DNA of 64,000 bases from Marispirochaeta sp. (GCA_963676835.2 CAXXFF010000003.1:576001-640000), one strand, 5' to 3'; shown: positions 48,660 through 58,629, counted from the first letter of the stretch. The notes: generated by a model from the letters alone, not told the origin. Made by a program: numbers and translations.

Positions 48660-48709
48660 TTGACAGAGACCGAGGTAAATGATATTGTTTTAGGGCTAAT
48701 TATTAGACC
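48660..48709 (+). promoter_or_regulatory. sigma70 promoter plus operator of the aldehyde dehydrogenase-CoA ligase operon
   Basis: TTGACA (48660)-17 nt-TATTGT with an extended TG. Operator GGCTAATTATTAGACC at 48694-48709. Confidence 0.65.
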
Positions 48710-48740
48710 TTTATTGCGACGCATAGAATATGGAGGAAAT

Positions 48741-50096
48741 ATGAGCGCAGATATACAGGAACTGGTAGCCCGGTCCCGGAAAGCACTTACAGAGATTGAA
48801 AACTACAGCCAGGAGCAGGTTGATGCACTGGTAAAGATTATAGGCAAAGTAGTTTATGACAATGCTGAAATGTTTGCCCGCATGGCAGTTGAAGAATCCA
48901 AAATGGGTAATTTTGATGACAAACTGAAGAAAAAGCTTGGTAAATCAAAGATTCTCTGGCACAGCCTGAAGGGCAAAAAAAGTATCGGTATCCTTTCACG
49001 GGATCCTGAAACAGGTATTACCGAGATTGCAAAACCTGTGGGTGTCGTGGGTGCCGTTCAGCCCTGTACCAACCCTATTGTTACCCCCATGGCCAATGCG
49101 ATGGCAGCAATAAAGGGACGTAACACCATTATCGTAACTCCTCACCCCCGTACCGCCAACTGTACCAAGGTATTTATCGATATGGTAAAGGAAGCCTGGG
49201 CGCATCTGAATCCGCCGAATGATATTTTCCTGTGTGTGGAGAATCCCACCATCGAATCCACCACGGAGCTTATGAAGAGCGTGGATGTGGTTGTGGCAAC
49301 CGGCGGTCCCGGAATGGTTAAATCAGCCTATTCCAGCGGCAAGCCCTCCTTCGGTGTAGGTCCCGGAAACGTTCAGTGTCTTCTCGATGAGGGCATTGAC
49401 CTGAAAAAGGCCATCGACATGATTGTTACCGGACGTACCTTTGATAACGGCATTATCTGCTCCGGCGAGCAGACCATTATTATGCCCTCCTCCATGAAGG
49501 AAGCAGTTGAAGCTGAGCTGAAAGCCCGGGGAGTATATGTTGCCAGTGCAGAAGAAGCGGAAGCTCTGAAGAACACCTGCTATCCCGAAGGAAGAATAAG
49601 CAAGGATATGGTCGGCCAGTCTGTTCAGACCATGACCAAAGCAGCAGGCCTCTCCGTTCCCGAAGACTGCCCCCTGGTTTCTGTATGGGTGGATAAGAAC
49701 GACCGGGACAGCGTCTTAAGGAAAGAGAAGATGTTCCCCCTGAATGTACTGCTTACCTATGATTCCTTCGACGAGGCTGTTGAAATTGCCAACCACAACC
49801 TCTCCATGGAAGGCAAGGGACACTCCGTAAGTATCCACTCCCACAACCAGGAGCATATTGAACAGTTAGGTACAGCAGCCAAGGTAAGCCGGGTTATTGT
49901 CAATGCAATCTGTTCCACTACTTCCGGCGGAAGCTTTACCAACGGGCTCAACCCCACCAGTACCCTGGGATGCGGAAGCTGGGGAAACAACAGTATCTCC
50001 GAGAACTTCTACTACCGGCACCTGCTGAATATAACCCGTATAGCCCTTCCCCTGGAAAACAAGAAAGTTCCTACAGACGAAGAGATCTGGGGGTAA
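48741..50096 (+). CDS. CoA-acylating aldehyde dehydrogenase (succinate-semialdehyde/sulfoacetaldehyde acylating type)
   Basis: PCTNP, HPR, ATGGPGMVKSAYSSGKP, FDNGIICSGEQ, EKMFP and TLGCGSWGNNS. GGAGG RBS. Confidence 0.9.
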   Translation: MSADIQELVARSRKALTEIENYSQEQVDALVKIIGKVVYDNAEMFARMAVEESKMGNFDDKLKKKLGKSKILWHSLKGKKSIGILSRDPETGITEIAKPVGVVGAVQPCTNPIVTPMANAMAAIKGRNTIIVTPHPRTANCTKVFIDMVKEAWAHLNPPNDIFLCVENPTIESTTELMKSVDVVVATGGPGMVKSAYSSGKPSFGVGPGNVQCLLDEGIDLKKAIDMIVTGRTFDNGIICSGEQTIIMPSSMKEAVEAELKARGVYVASAEEAEALKNTCYPEGRISKDMVGQSVQTMTKAAGLSVPEDCPLVSVWVDKNDRDSVLRKEKMFPLNVLLTYDSFDEAVEIANHNLSMEGKGHSVSIHSHNQEHIEQLGTAAKVSRVIVNAICSTTSGGSFTNGLNPTSTLGCGSWGNNSISENFYYRHLLNITRIALPLENKKVPTDEEIWG

Positions 50097-50102
50097 TTTT
50101 TA

Positions 50103-51248
50103 ATGAAACTTCTTGAATATCAGGCCCATGTACTCTTTGAAGAGTACGGCCTCCCTTCAAGCTCGGGGGATGTTGCATCTTCTGTGGCGGAGCTTGCCAG
50201 CATTTCAGCGGGTATAAGCACATTTCCTGTTGTGGTTAAAGCACAGGTGCAGACCGGCGGCCGGGGCAAGGCAGGCGGTGTCCAGCTTGCAGCCAACGCG
50301 GAGGAGCTCAAAAGCAAGGGAGAAACCATCCTGGGTCTTACCATAAAAGATCTGAAAGTGGAAAAGGTATTTATTACCCCTGCAGTTGAGATTGCAAAAG
50401 AGATGTATCTGAGCATTATCATGGACCGGAAAACCAAGTGTCCGGTGCTGATCTTCTCTGCGGAAGGCGGAATTGATATCAACGATATCGCAGACCGTCA
50501 TCCCGAAAAGATCGTAAAGCTTGAGATTATGCCCGACCAGGGTATTCAGAGCTATCATGCAAAATATATTGCCGACTATTCCGGGATTCCCGAACTCGCC
50601 GGTCAGATTGAGGATGTGCTGAAAAAGCTCTACACCCTCTTTTCCGAAAAAAACTGTATGCTGGCGGAGATTAATCCCCTGGTGGTTAAAAAGGACGGAA
50701 ATCTGGCCTGTCTCGATGGAAAAATCGACGTTGACGACAGTTCCCTGTTTAAGCACGAACAGTTCCGGGTATGGAGAGATGAGGGAGAGACCAATCCCCT
50801 TATTCTTGAAGCCCGGGAATTCCGCTTTACCTATATTCCCGTTGAAGACGCCGGCAACATAGCGGTTATAAGCAATGGTTCGGGAATGCTCATGTCCAGC
50901 ATCGACCTGATCAGTGCCGCAGGACATTCGGTATGTTCCGTCCTCGACCTGGGCGGCGGTGCCACCGCGGAACGCATAAAAGAAGCTGTCCGCATTATGT
51001 TGAAAAATCCCAAGGTAAAGCTGCTTTTTATCAACATCTTCGGGGGAATTACCCGCTGTGACGAAGTTGCCCGGGGTGTACTTGAAGCAACCCAGGACGG
51101 TCACACACCGGAGCAGTTTGTACTCCGTCTGGAGGGAACCAACAAAGCGGAGGGTATAGAGATTGCCTCAGGTATAGATATCCCCGTAGCTTTCGCCGAC
51201 GACCTGGTAGATGGTGTAGCGAAAATTGATGAAAGGATGAAAGCATGA
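50103..51248 (+). CDS. sucC: ADP-forming acyl-CoA ligase beta subunit (SucC-like)
   Basis: MKLLEYQA, KAQVQTGGRGKAGG, EINPL, LDLGGGA and NIFGGITRCD. Substrate may not be succinate. Confidence 0.85.
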   Translation: MKLLEYQAHVLFEEYGLPSSSGDVASSVAELASISAGISTFPVVVKAQVQTGGRGKAGGVQLAANAEELKSKGETILGLTIKDLKVEKVFITPAVEIAKEMYLSIIMDRKTKCPVLIFSAEGGIDINDIADRHPEKIVKLEIMPDQGIQSYHAKYIADYSGIPELAGQIEDVLKKLYTLFSEKNCMLAEINPLVVKKDGNLACLDGKIDVDDSSLFKHEQFRVWRDEGETNPLILEAREFRFTYIPVEDAGNIAVISNGSGMLMSSIDLISAAGHSVCSVLDLGGGATAERIKEAVRIMLKNPKVKLLFINIFGGITRCDEVARGVLEATQDGHTPEQFVLRLEGTNKAEGIEIASGIDIPVAFADDLVDGVAKIDERMKA

Positions 51249-52117
51249 GCGTTCTGATAGATGAAAATACCCGATTGATCGTCCAGGGAATCACCGGCCG
51301 GGAAGGCTCGTTCCACACCCGGCAGATGCTGGACTACGGAACCAACGTTGTTGCAGGGGTAACCCCCGGCAAGGGCGGAACCACCGTCGAAGGGGTACCG
51401 GTATACAACACCGTTCATGAAGCAATGAGACGCCATGATGCCAATGCGTCAGTTCTCTTTGTTCCCCCGAAGTTCACTTACGGCGGAGCCCAGGAGGCAA
51501 TTGTCAGCGGAGTACCCCTGGTAATTACCATTGCCGAAGGTGTACCGGTATACGATATGTACCAGCTTTACCACCTGGCTCACGCCCACGGCAGCCGCCT
51601 GATAGGCCCCAACTCCTTCGGAATTATATCTCCCGGAAAGAGCAAGGCGGGCTTTATGGCCCACCGGATTTTCAGCCCCGGTAATGTTTCCATTCTTTCA
51701 CGGAGTGCAACCAACGCATACGAGACAGTGTTCCGTCTTACCAACAACGGCATTGGCCAGTCTACCGTAATCGGTGTCGGCGGCGATATGATTGCCGGTT
51801 CCAGCTTTACCGATCTCCTGCCCCTGCTTGAAGCAGACCCCGATACCAAAGTAATTGTAATTATCGGAGAGATCGGCGGAGGCGAAGAGGAGCTTGCAGC
51901 AGCATACATAAAGGAAAATGTCAGCAAACCTGTTGTTGCCTTTATTGCTGGAAAGAACGCACCCAAAGACCGCAGTATGGGTCATGCCGGTGCCATTGTA
52001 AGCCCCGACGGCGAAGGCAGTGCGGAAAACAAGGAAGCCGCCATGAAGGATGCCGGAGCTGTTATCGCAGACAGTACAGTTCACATTACCCAGCTTGTGG
52101 CAGATATTCTGAAATAA
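51245..52117 (+). CDS. sucD: ADP-forming acyl-CoA ligase alpha subunit (SucD-like)
   Basis: QGITGREGSFH, GVTPGKGG, GEIGG and MGHAGA (phospho-His). Confidence 0.87.
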   Translation: MSVLIDENTRLIVQGITGREGSFHTRQMLDYGTNVVAGVTPGKGGTTVEGVPVYNTVHEAMRRHDANASVLFVPPKFTYGGAQEAIVSGVPLVITIAEGVPVYDMYQLYHLAHAHGSRLIGPNSFGIISPGKSKAGFMAHRIFSPGNVSILSRSATNAYETVFRLTNNGIGQSTVIGVGGDMIAGSSFTDLLPLLEADPDTKVIVIIGEIGGGEEELAAAYIKENVSKPVVAFIAGKNAPKDRSMGHAGAIVSPDGEGSAENKEAAMKDAGAVIADSTVHITQLVADILK

Positions 52118-52139
52118 CCTGGGATTTGTATACGCTTGA

Positions 52140-52173
52140 GGGCATGCTCATACGGGCATGCCCCTTTTTTTTT
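52140..52173 (+). terminator. Intrinsic terminator
   Basis: GGGCATGCTC-ATAC-GGGCATGCCC followed by a T-run. Confidence 0.8.
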
Positions 52174-52337
52174 ATTCTTTTTTGCCCCTTTTTCAACTCT
52201 TTTTACTGGCCTCTGCCTGTTGCATGACAGAAGCACTGGTTGCATAGTGACCTGCTGAACAGCTATACCCTGAATTACCAGCTTCTTTGCGTACAAAGCC
52301 TGATTTCCGTTTATCTATAGTAGAAAAAAAGTTTTTC

Positions 52338-52395
52338 TTGACAGCGCACACGTTTGCACATACCATTACCCAGAACAACGGACACGTGTCCGTTG
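52338..52395 (+). promoter_or_regulatory. sigma70 promoter with LacI-type operators
   Basis: TTGACA-17 nt-TACCAT. The spacer contains GCACACGTTTGC. Perfect 20-bp palindrome CAACGGACACGTGTCCGTTG at 52376-52395. Confidence 0.65.
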
Positions 52396-52415
52396 CAATC
52401 AAGGAGGATTTCTAA

Positions 52416-53699
52416 ATGAAGAAAATCGTGTTTGTTCTATTTCTGATCTCACTATTTTCGCTGAACCTCTTCTGCGGGGGGCAGGCGGAACCGGAAAAAC
52501 AGAAACTGGTCTTCTGGGGAAAACAGGCTCAGGACCGCGCCACCGACGAACTGATCCGCGACATTCTCATGGAATGGGGTGAACTGAATGATGTAGAAGT
52601 GGAGTACACTACCATAACATCGGAAGTTCAGAAAGAAAAATTTGCAGCAGCCTTCGAAACAGGCAATGTACCGGATGTAATTACCTTCGACGGTGATTTT
52701 TGTAAATACTATGCCACCCAGGGGGTTCTTGAACCTCTGGACGATTTTTACGCAGAGCTCAGCAAACGCGGCGGCGGAATGTTCGATGGAGTACTTCCGG
52801 TGTTGAAGAACGAAGGTGATTTGTATGGAATCCCTTTCCAGAACGATATTTATTTCTTCTACGTCCGTAAAGACCTTGTAGAGGGAGTGGGAGAAGCACT
52901 GCCGCAAACATGGGATGATGTCGAGAGAATCTCCCTGAAAATCAAAGACAAATACGGTATGCCCGCATTTGGTCATCCTCTTGCGGAAATTAACGATGCG
53001 GAATTCTCAACCAGAATTATCATGTGGGCCTTTGATTCACATATTTTTGATGAAAAAGGAAATATCGACTTTGATACACCGGAAACTCTGGAAGTTTTCA
53101 AATACATCAAGCGTATGTATGAAGACGAGAAGAATATTCCCAAAGGTGCAATAACCTGGAACGACAGCGGTAATAATCAGGCATATCAGATGAAACAGTC
53201 TGCTTTTATTATTAATCCGGGCAGTGTATACCGTTGGGTAAAGGAAAACGATGACACCCTGCATGAAAATACCATTCTCGCCCGGATGCCCGCCGGCCCC
53301 CGGGGCACCAGAGCCAACCTGACTGCCTGCTGGGCAGTTTCCCTGCCTAAAGATTCACCCAATCATGAACTTGCAAAAGAAGCTTTGCGCTACCTGTACC
53401 AGGTTGATAAATACAACACTATAATCGAATCTGCAGGCGCACGTTATCTGCCGGTATACCGGGATCTCTTCGATACTCCTTTCTGGAAAAGCAATCCCAA
53501 ATTTGCCGAACTCGGCATGATGCTTGAAGAAGCAAAGGTTGTAGGCTATGAGGGTCCTTCCAGCGCTGCAGCATCTGAAATGCTTGTTCAGAGGGTAGTA
53601 ATGAAAGCCTTCTCCGACATGCTTGTACGCGGAGTTTCGCCCGAGGAAGCAATAGCGAAGGCGGAAACCCAGATGAAAGAGATAGCATCCAAATTTTAA
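52416..53699 (+). CDS. Carbohydrate ABC (CUT1) substrate-binding protein
   Basis: Signal ..LFCGGQAE, PDV, LEPLDD, YGIP..., RKDL and PQTWDD. Confidence 0.9.
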   Translation: MKKIVFVLFLISLFSLNLFCGGQAEPEKQKLVFWGKQAQDRATDELIRDILMEWGELNDVEVEYTTITSEVQKEKFAAAFETGNVPDVITFDGDFCKYYATQGVLEPLDDFYAELSKRGGGMFDGVLPVLKNEGDLYGIPFQNDIYFFYVRKDLVEGVGEALPQTWDDVERISLKIKDKYGMPAFGHPLAEINDAEFSTRIIMWAFDSHIFDEKGNIDFDTPETLEVFKYIKRMYEDEKNIPKGAITWNDSGNNQAYQMKQSAFIINPGSVYRWVKENDDTLHENTILARMPAGPRGTRANLTACWAVSLPKDSPNHELAKEALRYLYQVDKYNTIIESAGARYLPVYRDLFDTPFWKSNPKFAELGMMLEEAKVVGYEGPSSAAASEMLVQRVVMKAFSDMLVRGVSPEEAIAKAETQMKEIASKF

Positions 53700-53766
53700 A
53701 AAGAAAAATACGCTGCCGGAGCTGATTCTGCTGCTCCGGCAACTATCTACAGGGGAAGATAACAGC

Positions 53767-54675
53767 ATGAAAACCGACGTACTGACCCACCCTGCACTGT
53801 CTCCGATAAAACGCAAGGAAGCACAAACTGCCTATCTTTTTATAATGCCTACACTCCTGATACTGGCGCTGGTAATTCTTTATCCATTCCTTACCGCCGT
53901 CTGGATCTCGTTTACCAATAAAAGCCTGGGAGGTAAAGGCGGATTTATCGGACTTGCAAACTTTACAAAACTATTTGCTTCAGATGAATTTCGGAGGGCG
54001 TTCTTCAACTCCTTTTATTACACAATCGCTTCTGTTCTGCTGAAGTTTGGGATAGGGTTGGTAACAGCCCTTGTTCTTAATTCGGTGTTCCCGTTTAAAG
54101 GTGCCGTCAGAGTTTTGATTATACTTCCATGGGCAATATCACCCTATATTGCTGCTCTTACATGGCGGTGGATCTTTGATGACTATAACGGTTTTTTCAA
54201 TATCATCCTCATGAAAACCAACCTGATCACAGAACCTATCTACTGGTTGTCCGACCCGAGGTTTGCAATGATAAGTGTTATTATTGCCGCCACCTGGCAG
54301 GGATACCCGTTCTATACAATGATGCTGCTTGCCGGGCTGGTAACAATACCGCGGGAGCTGTATGAGGCGGTAGAAATTGACGGCGGAAATAAACTCCACA
54401 GCTTTCTGTATATAACCCTGCCAAGTCTTACCAATATAATTATTACAACCATGCTCCTCTCATTTATCTGGACCTTCAACCAGTTTCAGTATGTCTACTC
54501 AATGACGGGAGGAGGACCAGGAGGAATGACTCACATCCTGTCTACATTAACATTCAAGTACGGTATTGAGATGCGCAATATCTCCCTGGCCTCGGCAGTA
54601 TCAATGACTGCGCTGCCGGTATTTGCCGTATTAACCATATATCTCACACGAACAATGCTTAAAAAGGAATCCTGA
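53767..54675 (+). CDS. Carbohydrate ABC permease (MalF-like)
   Basis: GLANF, LYEAVEIDG EAA motif and TGGGP. Confidence 0.93.
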   Translation: MKTDVLTHPALSPIKRKEAQTAYLFIMPTLLILALVILYPFLTAVWISFTNKSLGGKGGFIGLANFTKLFASDEFRRAFFNSFYYTIASVLLKFGIGLVTALVLNSVFPFKGAVRVLIILPWAISPYIAALTWRWIFDDYNGFFNIILMKTNLITEPIYWLSDPRFAMISVIIAATWQGYPFYTMMLLAGLVTIPRELYEAVEIDGGNKLHSFLYITLPSLTNIIITTMLLSFIWTFNQFQYVYSMTGGGPGGMTHILSTLTFKYGIEMRNISLASAVSMTALPVFAVLTIYLTRTMLKKES

Positions 54676-54676
54676 T

Positions 54677-55516
54677 ATGAGTACATTCAGAAAGCTCTCT
54701 ATGACCAGGATTTTGTTTATTGTCATAACCATATCGGCGGTTCTCTGGGCGGTATTTCCGATAGTATGGATCCTCTTAACTGCCCTACGGCCTTCAGCGG
54801 ATTTTTATGCGGGGAACGTCAGTATTATTCCTGAACACTGGAGTCTTGAAAATTTCAAGGATGTAATAGATCGGGGAAACTTCATTCATTATATGAAAAA
54901 TTCCCTGTTTGTCGGCGTAATTGTAACACTCCTGTCTATTGTATTTTCAACTATGAGTGCGTATGCCATTACACGGCTGGACTTTCCGGGGCGTATGTTT
55001 ATTGCACGGAGCATAATAGCCAGTTATCTTATTCCTGCGGCCTTGCTGTTTATCCCTCTCTTTTTCCTGATTACCCGGATCGGACTTCAGAATACACGCT
55101 CGGCACTGATTGTCTCCTACCTGAGCGCAACGGTTCCATTCTGTACCTGGATGCTTTACGGTTACTTCTCTACCCTGCCATCCAGCCTTGATGAAGCCGC
55201 TGTACTTGACGGATGCTCAAAAGCACAAATTCTTATTCGTATTTTTATCCCTCTCTCACTTCCGGGAATTGCAGTGGTAGCCCTTTATTCATTTACCCTG
55301 TGCTGGAATGAGTTCCTCTACGCATTGGTCTTTATATCGAGTACAAAAAGCATGACTATCCCGGCCGGGATAGTGCAATGGATAGTTGAGGATGATTTTG
55401 CCTGGGGACGCCTGATGGCAGCATCAGCATTATCAGTTATACCAACATTTGCTCTCTATTTCCTCGCCCAGAGCTCCTTTAAAAGCGGGCTTGTGGCCGG
55501 GGCAGTGAAACAATAA
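54677..55516 (+). CDS. Carbohydrate ABC permease (MalG-like)
   Basis: LDEAAVLDGC, WNEFLYA and GLVAGAVK. Confidence 0.93.
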   Translation: MSTFRKLSMTRILFIVITISAVLWAVFPIVWILLTALRPSADFYAGNVSIIPEHWSLENFKDVIDRGNFIHYMKNSLFVGVIVTLLSIVFSTMSAYAITRLDFPGRMFIARSIIASYLIPAALLFIPLFFLITRIGLQNTRSALIVSYLSATVPFCTWMLYGYFSTLPSSLDEAAVLDGCSKAQILIRIFIPLSLPGIAVVALYSFTLCWNEFLYALVFISSTKSMTIPAGIVQWIVEDDFAWGRLMAASALSVIPTFALYFLAQSSFKSGLVAGAVKQ

Positions 55517-55556
55517 GGCAGTTTTTCACCATGTACAAACAACAGAGGTATCTACA

Positions 55557-56489
55557 ATGAGCAGAATATTAGGAATTGGCGGAACAGCTTATGATATGCT
55601 GGCTGTTATCCCGCACATGCCGGCATGGGAAGAGGTTGAATACATTGAAGAATATGAAGTGCAGCAGGGAGGAATGGTTGCAACCGGAATTGTTGCGGCC
55701 AGTAGATTGGGCGCGAAAACAGAATATATCGGCGCCCTGGGCGATGATCCGGAAGCACAGTTTCATATTGAGAATTTTACACGCCATAATGTACTACAGG
55801 AAAAAGTTATCACCTATCCTGGTGAAAGCAGCGCAATTACAGTAGTTCTTGTTCATGCCGGTACCGGAAGACGCAGCTTTATTCATTACAAAGGGGTAAA
55901 CGCAAAACCCAGGCTTGATTTACAGGAATTTGATTTCTCCGAAGTCTCTCACCTTCTGCTCGACGGGTTCTTTTTTGATACAGCCATGGAGGCTGCAAGA
56001 GAAGCCCGCAGGCTCAACATAACTACAGTAACTGATATGAGCCCGCGAACACGAAATCCGAACCTGCCTGAATACTTGAACCTTATTGACTACCCGGTGC
56101 TTTCTGAACTTTTTCTCTGCCCCTACACTAATATCCAGAATCCCCTGGAAGCCGGGAAGTCAATCATTCAACAGGGGAATAAATCGTTGATTGTCACCTG
56201 CGGAGAAAAAGGCAGCTATATCATTACCCATGAAGGAACAGAACATCTGCCCACATATCCTATACAGATGGTGGACTCAACCGGCGCGGGTGATGTTTTT
56301 CACGGCGGTTTTATCTTCGCTTTGTGGAAGGGATATTCAGTTTCAGATTCTGTACGCTTTGCAAGTGCCTGCGCTGCCCTTAATTGTACCCGTATCGGCG
56401 GACAGAAAGGGATTCCCGACTATATAGAAGTCTGTAATTTTTTACTGCAGCAGAATCCAGGAAATAAAAGCTGGATAAAACCGGCTTAA
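55557..56489 (+). CDS. PfkB-family carbohydrate kinase
   Basis: GG..AT..VAASRLG, GALGDD and VDSTGAGDVFHGG. Confidence 0.92.
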   Translation: MSRILGIGGTAYDMLAVIPHMPAWEEVEYIEEYEVQQGGMVATGIVAASRLGAKTEYIGALGDDPEAQFHIENFTRHNVLQEKVITYPGESSAITVVLVHAGTGRRSFIHYKGVNAKPRLDLQEFDFSEVSHLLLDGFFFDTAMEAAREARRLNITTVTDMSPRTRNPNLPEYLNLIDYPVLSELFLCPYTNIQNPLEAGKSIIQQGNKSLIVTCGEKGSYIITHEGTEHLPTYPIQMVDSTGAGDVFHGGFIFALWKGYSVSDSVRFASACAALNCTRIGGQKGIPDYIEVCNFLLQQNPGNKSWIKPA

Positions 56490-56501
56490 AAAGGAAATAT
56501 A

Positions 56502-57599
56502 ATGAAACTTATAAATCTCCATACTCTTCTTGAGCCTACACTGAACAGTAACTATGCTCATCCGGCTTTTAACATAACCGCTTTTCATCAGCTCAAAGGG
56601 GTACTCGAGGTACATGAAACCTTGAGAACACCGGCGGTAATACAGATTGGGATGATGGCTATCGGTTTTCTTGGAAATGCAGATGATTTTACCAGTACAG
56701 GGATAGAGGAAAAAGCCGCCGGTGCAGACAGACTGTTCAGCTATCTGAGAAGACTGGACAGCAGTTTCAGTATTCCCGTTGTAATACACGCTGACCACTG
56801 TAAGGATCTTGAAACCATACAAATGCTGGTAGACAAGGGTTTCACTTCCGTAATGATCGACGGCTCCCATCTCCCGTTTTCCGAGAATATTGCCCTGACT
56901 CGCAGAGCCGTGGAGATAGCACATCCTCATGGAGTGAGCGTTGAAGCAGAGCTGGGAGTCCTTGCGGGGACCGAGGACAATATCTTCTCTGAAAACAGTA
57001 CCTATACCAACCCGATGAGAGTACCGGAGTTTATCGAAAAAACCGGAGCAGACTGCCTGGCCCTCTCATTCGGAACAAAGCACGGAGTAAAGAAAGGGAC
57101 AGATGTTAAACTGAGAAAAGAAATTGTCTGTTCAGCCAGAGAGTGTCTGCTTCACTCAGGGTTTTCAACCCCCCTTGTATCACACGGATCATCTACTGTA
57201 CCCGCCTATATTGTCCAGGCAATCAATCAGCTTGGTGGGAAAATGGAGGGTGTTGGCGGAATCCCCATTCCGGCGTTAAAACAGGTTATTGAGAACGGTA
57301 TCGGAAAAATCAATATTGATACTGATATGAGGCTGAGTATCACCAGGAATATACGGACCCTGCTTTCAGAAAGCGATTACACAACAACAGATGAAAAGGC
57401 TCTGAAGGTAGAAGAGTTACTGAAGCAGATTCCTTCTGAAATCGACTTCAGAAAATTTCTTTTTCCGGTAAAAAATACACTCTTAACGGGTGAAACCAGC
57501 TCTGCCTTTACAATTGCAGTGGCAGCAGCCCTGGAACGGGGTGCGGCGGAGATTGCCGCCCAGTTGTTGGTAAATTTTAATGCCATTGGAAAATTGTAA
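56502..57599 (+). CDS. Class II (metal-dependent) ketose-bisphosphate aldolase
   Basis: HADH, SVMIDGS, VEAELG, GTKHG, SHGSS and KINIDTD. Confidence 0.9.
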   Translation: MKLINLHTLLEPTLNSNYAHPAFNITAFHQLKGVLEVHETLRTPAVIQIGMMAIGFLGNADDFTSTGIEEKAAGADRLFSYLRRLDSSFSIPVVIHADHCKDLETIQMLVDKGFTSVMIDGSHLPFSENIALTRRAVEIAHPHGVSVEAELGVLAGTEDNIFSENSTYTNPMRVPEFIEKTGADCLALSFGTKHGVKKGTDVKLRKEIVCSARECLLHSGFSTPLVSHGSSTVPAYIVQAINQLGGKMEGVGGIPIPALKQVIENGIGKINIDTDMRLSITRNIRTLLSESDYTTTDEKALKVEELLKQIPSEIDFRKFLFPVKNTLLTGETSSAFTIAVAAALERGAAEIAAQLLVNFNAIGKL

Positions 57600-57612
57600 G
57601 CTTTAGTTTGTT

Positions 57613-58629
57613 TTATTTCCTTTGTCTGAGTTTGGAGCCACAGGAATCTCTTATAATAAGCTCAGGTTTCAGAAGAACATTCCTGACTGATCCGGTGTAG
57701 CCGGTTTTCATTTTATCAAGCAGAATATCGCCAGCCTCTCTGGCAATGGATTCAAGAGACTGTCGCACCGTAGTCAGCGGAACCGCTGCCATTCTGGCAA
57801 CTGAAATATCATCAAAACCTACAAGTGCAAGATCTTCCGGTATGTGCAGGTTCTTTTCATAAATATACTGTCCAAATGCCAATGCGGTTATATCATTAAC
57901 AGCAAAAACAGCTTCCAACCCGGGCATTGCAGATAAGAGGTCGGCCGCAGCTGACAGACCATCGATAAAGGTAGAGTCACACCCTGCAATGGCTGTATTC
58001 TCAGCCAACCCGGCTTCGGCCATTGCATCCTGATACCCTTTTAAACGTGCTTTGCTGGCATCAGCATGGCCCGGACCGGCAATATGTCCGATTTTTTTAT
58101 ATCCGAGTTTGATAAGGTGATTAACTGCTAGTTTTGCTCCAAAGTAATTATCACCAACAACTGAATCTATCCCGTCGTTTCTTCCATCATGATCAATCAG
58201 CACAACAGGTACATCCGAGGTTACTGCTTTTCGATAAGCCCCGTTCTCAGGGTCTGAAGGTATCATCACCAGCCCACTGACCTGCTGTTCTAGGAGATAA
58301 GCAACATAGTCTGTTTCTTTATCCTCATCCCTGTCTGAATTACAGATTAAAACACGATAATCATTATTCTCAAAAAAACGGATAAGTTTTTTACTTAAAG
58401 AGGCATAAAAGGGGTTTTCGATGTCCGGCAGAATTATGCCGACCGAAGTCGATTTCTTGCCCACAAGATTGCGGGCATGCGCATTCGGGCGATAGTTTTT
58501 TTCCCTGGCCAGCAGGCGCACTTTTTCCTTCATAGCCTCGCTTATTTCCGGACTGTTCCGAAGGGCTCGTGAGACTGTTGAATGAGAAACACCCAGCTCC
58601 CGGGCAAGATCTTTGATGGTTACTCCCAT
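57613..58629 (-). CDS. LacI-family regulator
   Basis: TIKDLARELGVSHSTVSRAL, YRPN..AR.L, VGFDD and PLTTV. Confidence 0.94.
   Translation of the reverse strand: MGVTIKDLARELGVSHSTVSRALRNSPEISEAMKEKVRLLAREKNYRPNAHARNLVGKKSTSVGIILPDIENPFYASLSKKLIRFFENNDYRVLICNSDRDEDKETDYVAYLLEQQVSGLVMIPSDPENGAYRKAVTSDVPVVLIDHDGRNDGIDSVVGDNYFGAKLAVNHLIKLGYKKIGHIAGPGHADASKARLKGYQDAMAEAGLAENTAIAGCDSTFIDGLSAAADLLSAMPGLEAVFAVNDITALAFGQYIYEKNLHIPEDLALVGFDDISVARMAAVPLTTVRQSLESIAREAGDILLDKMKTGYTGSVRNVLLKPELIIRDSCGSKLRQRK

Noticed and set aside
46615..57599. Canonical sulfoglycolysis (sulfo-TAL or sulfo-EMP)
   Set aside because: No GH31 sulfoquinovosidase or SQ isomerase in the window. By eye, the FSA-like protein lacks the SqvA-type NPRH motif and the PfkB kinase lacks the YihV-type sulfonate-binding Lys/Asn/Arg.
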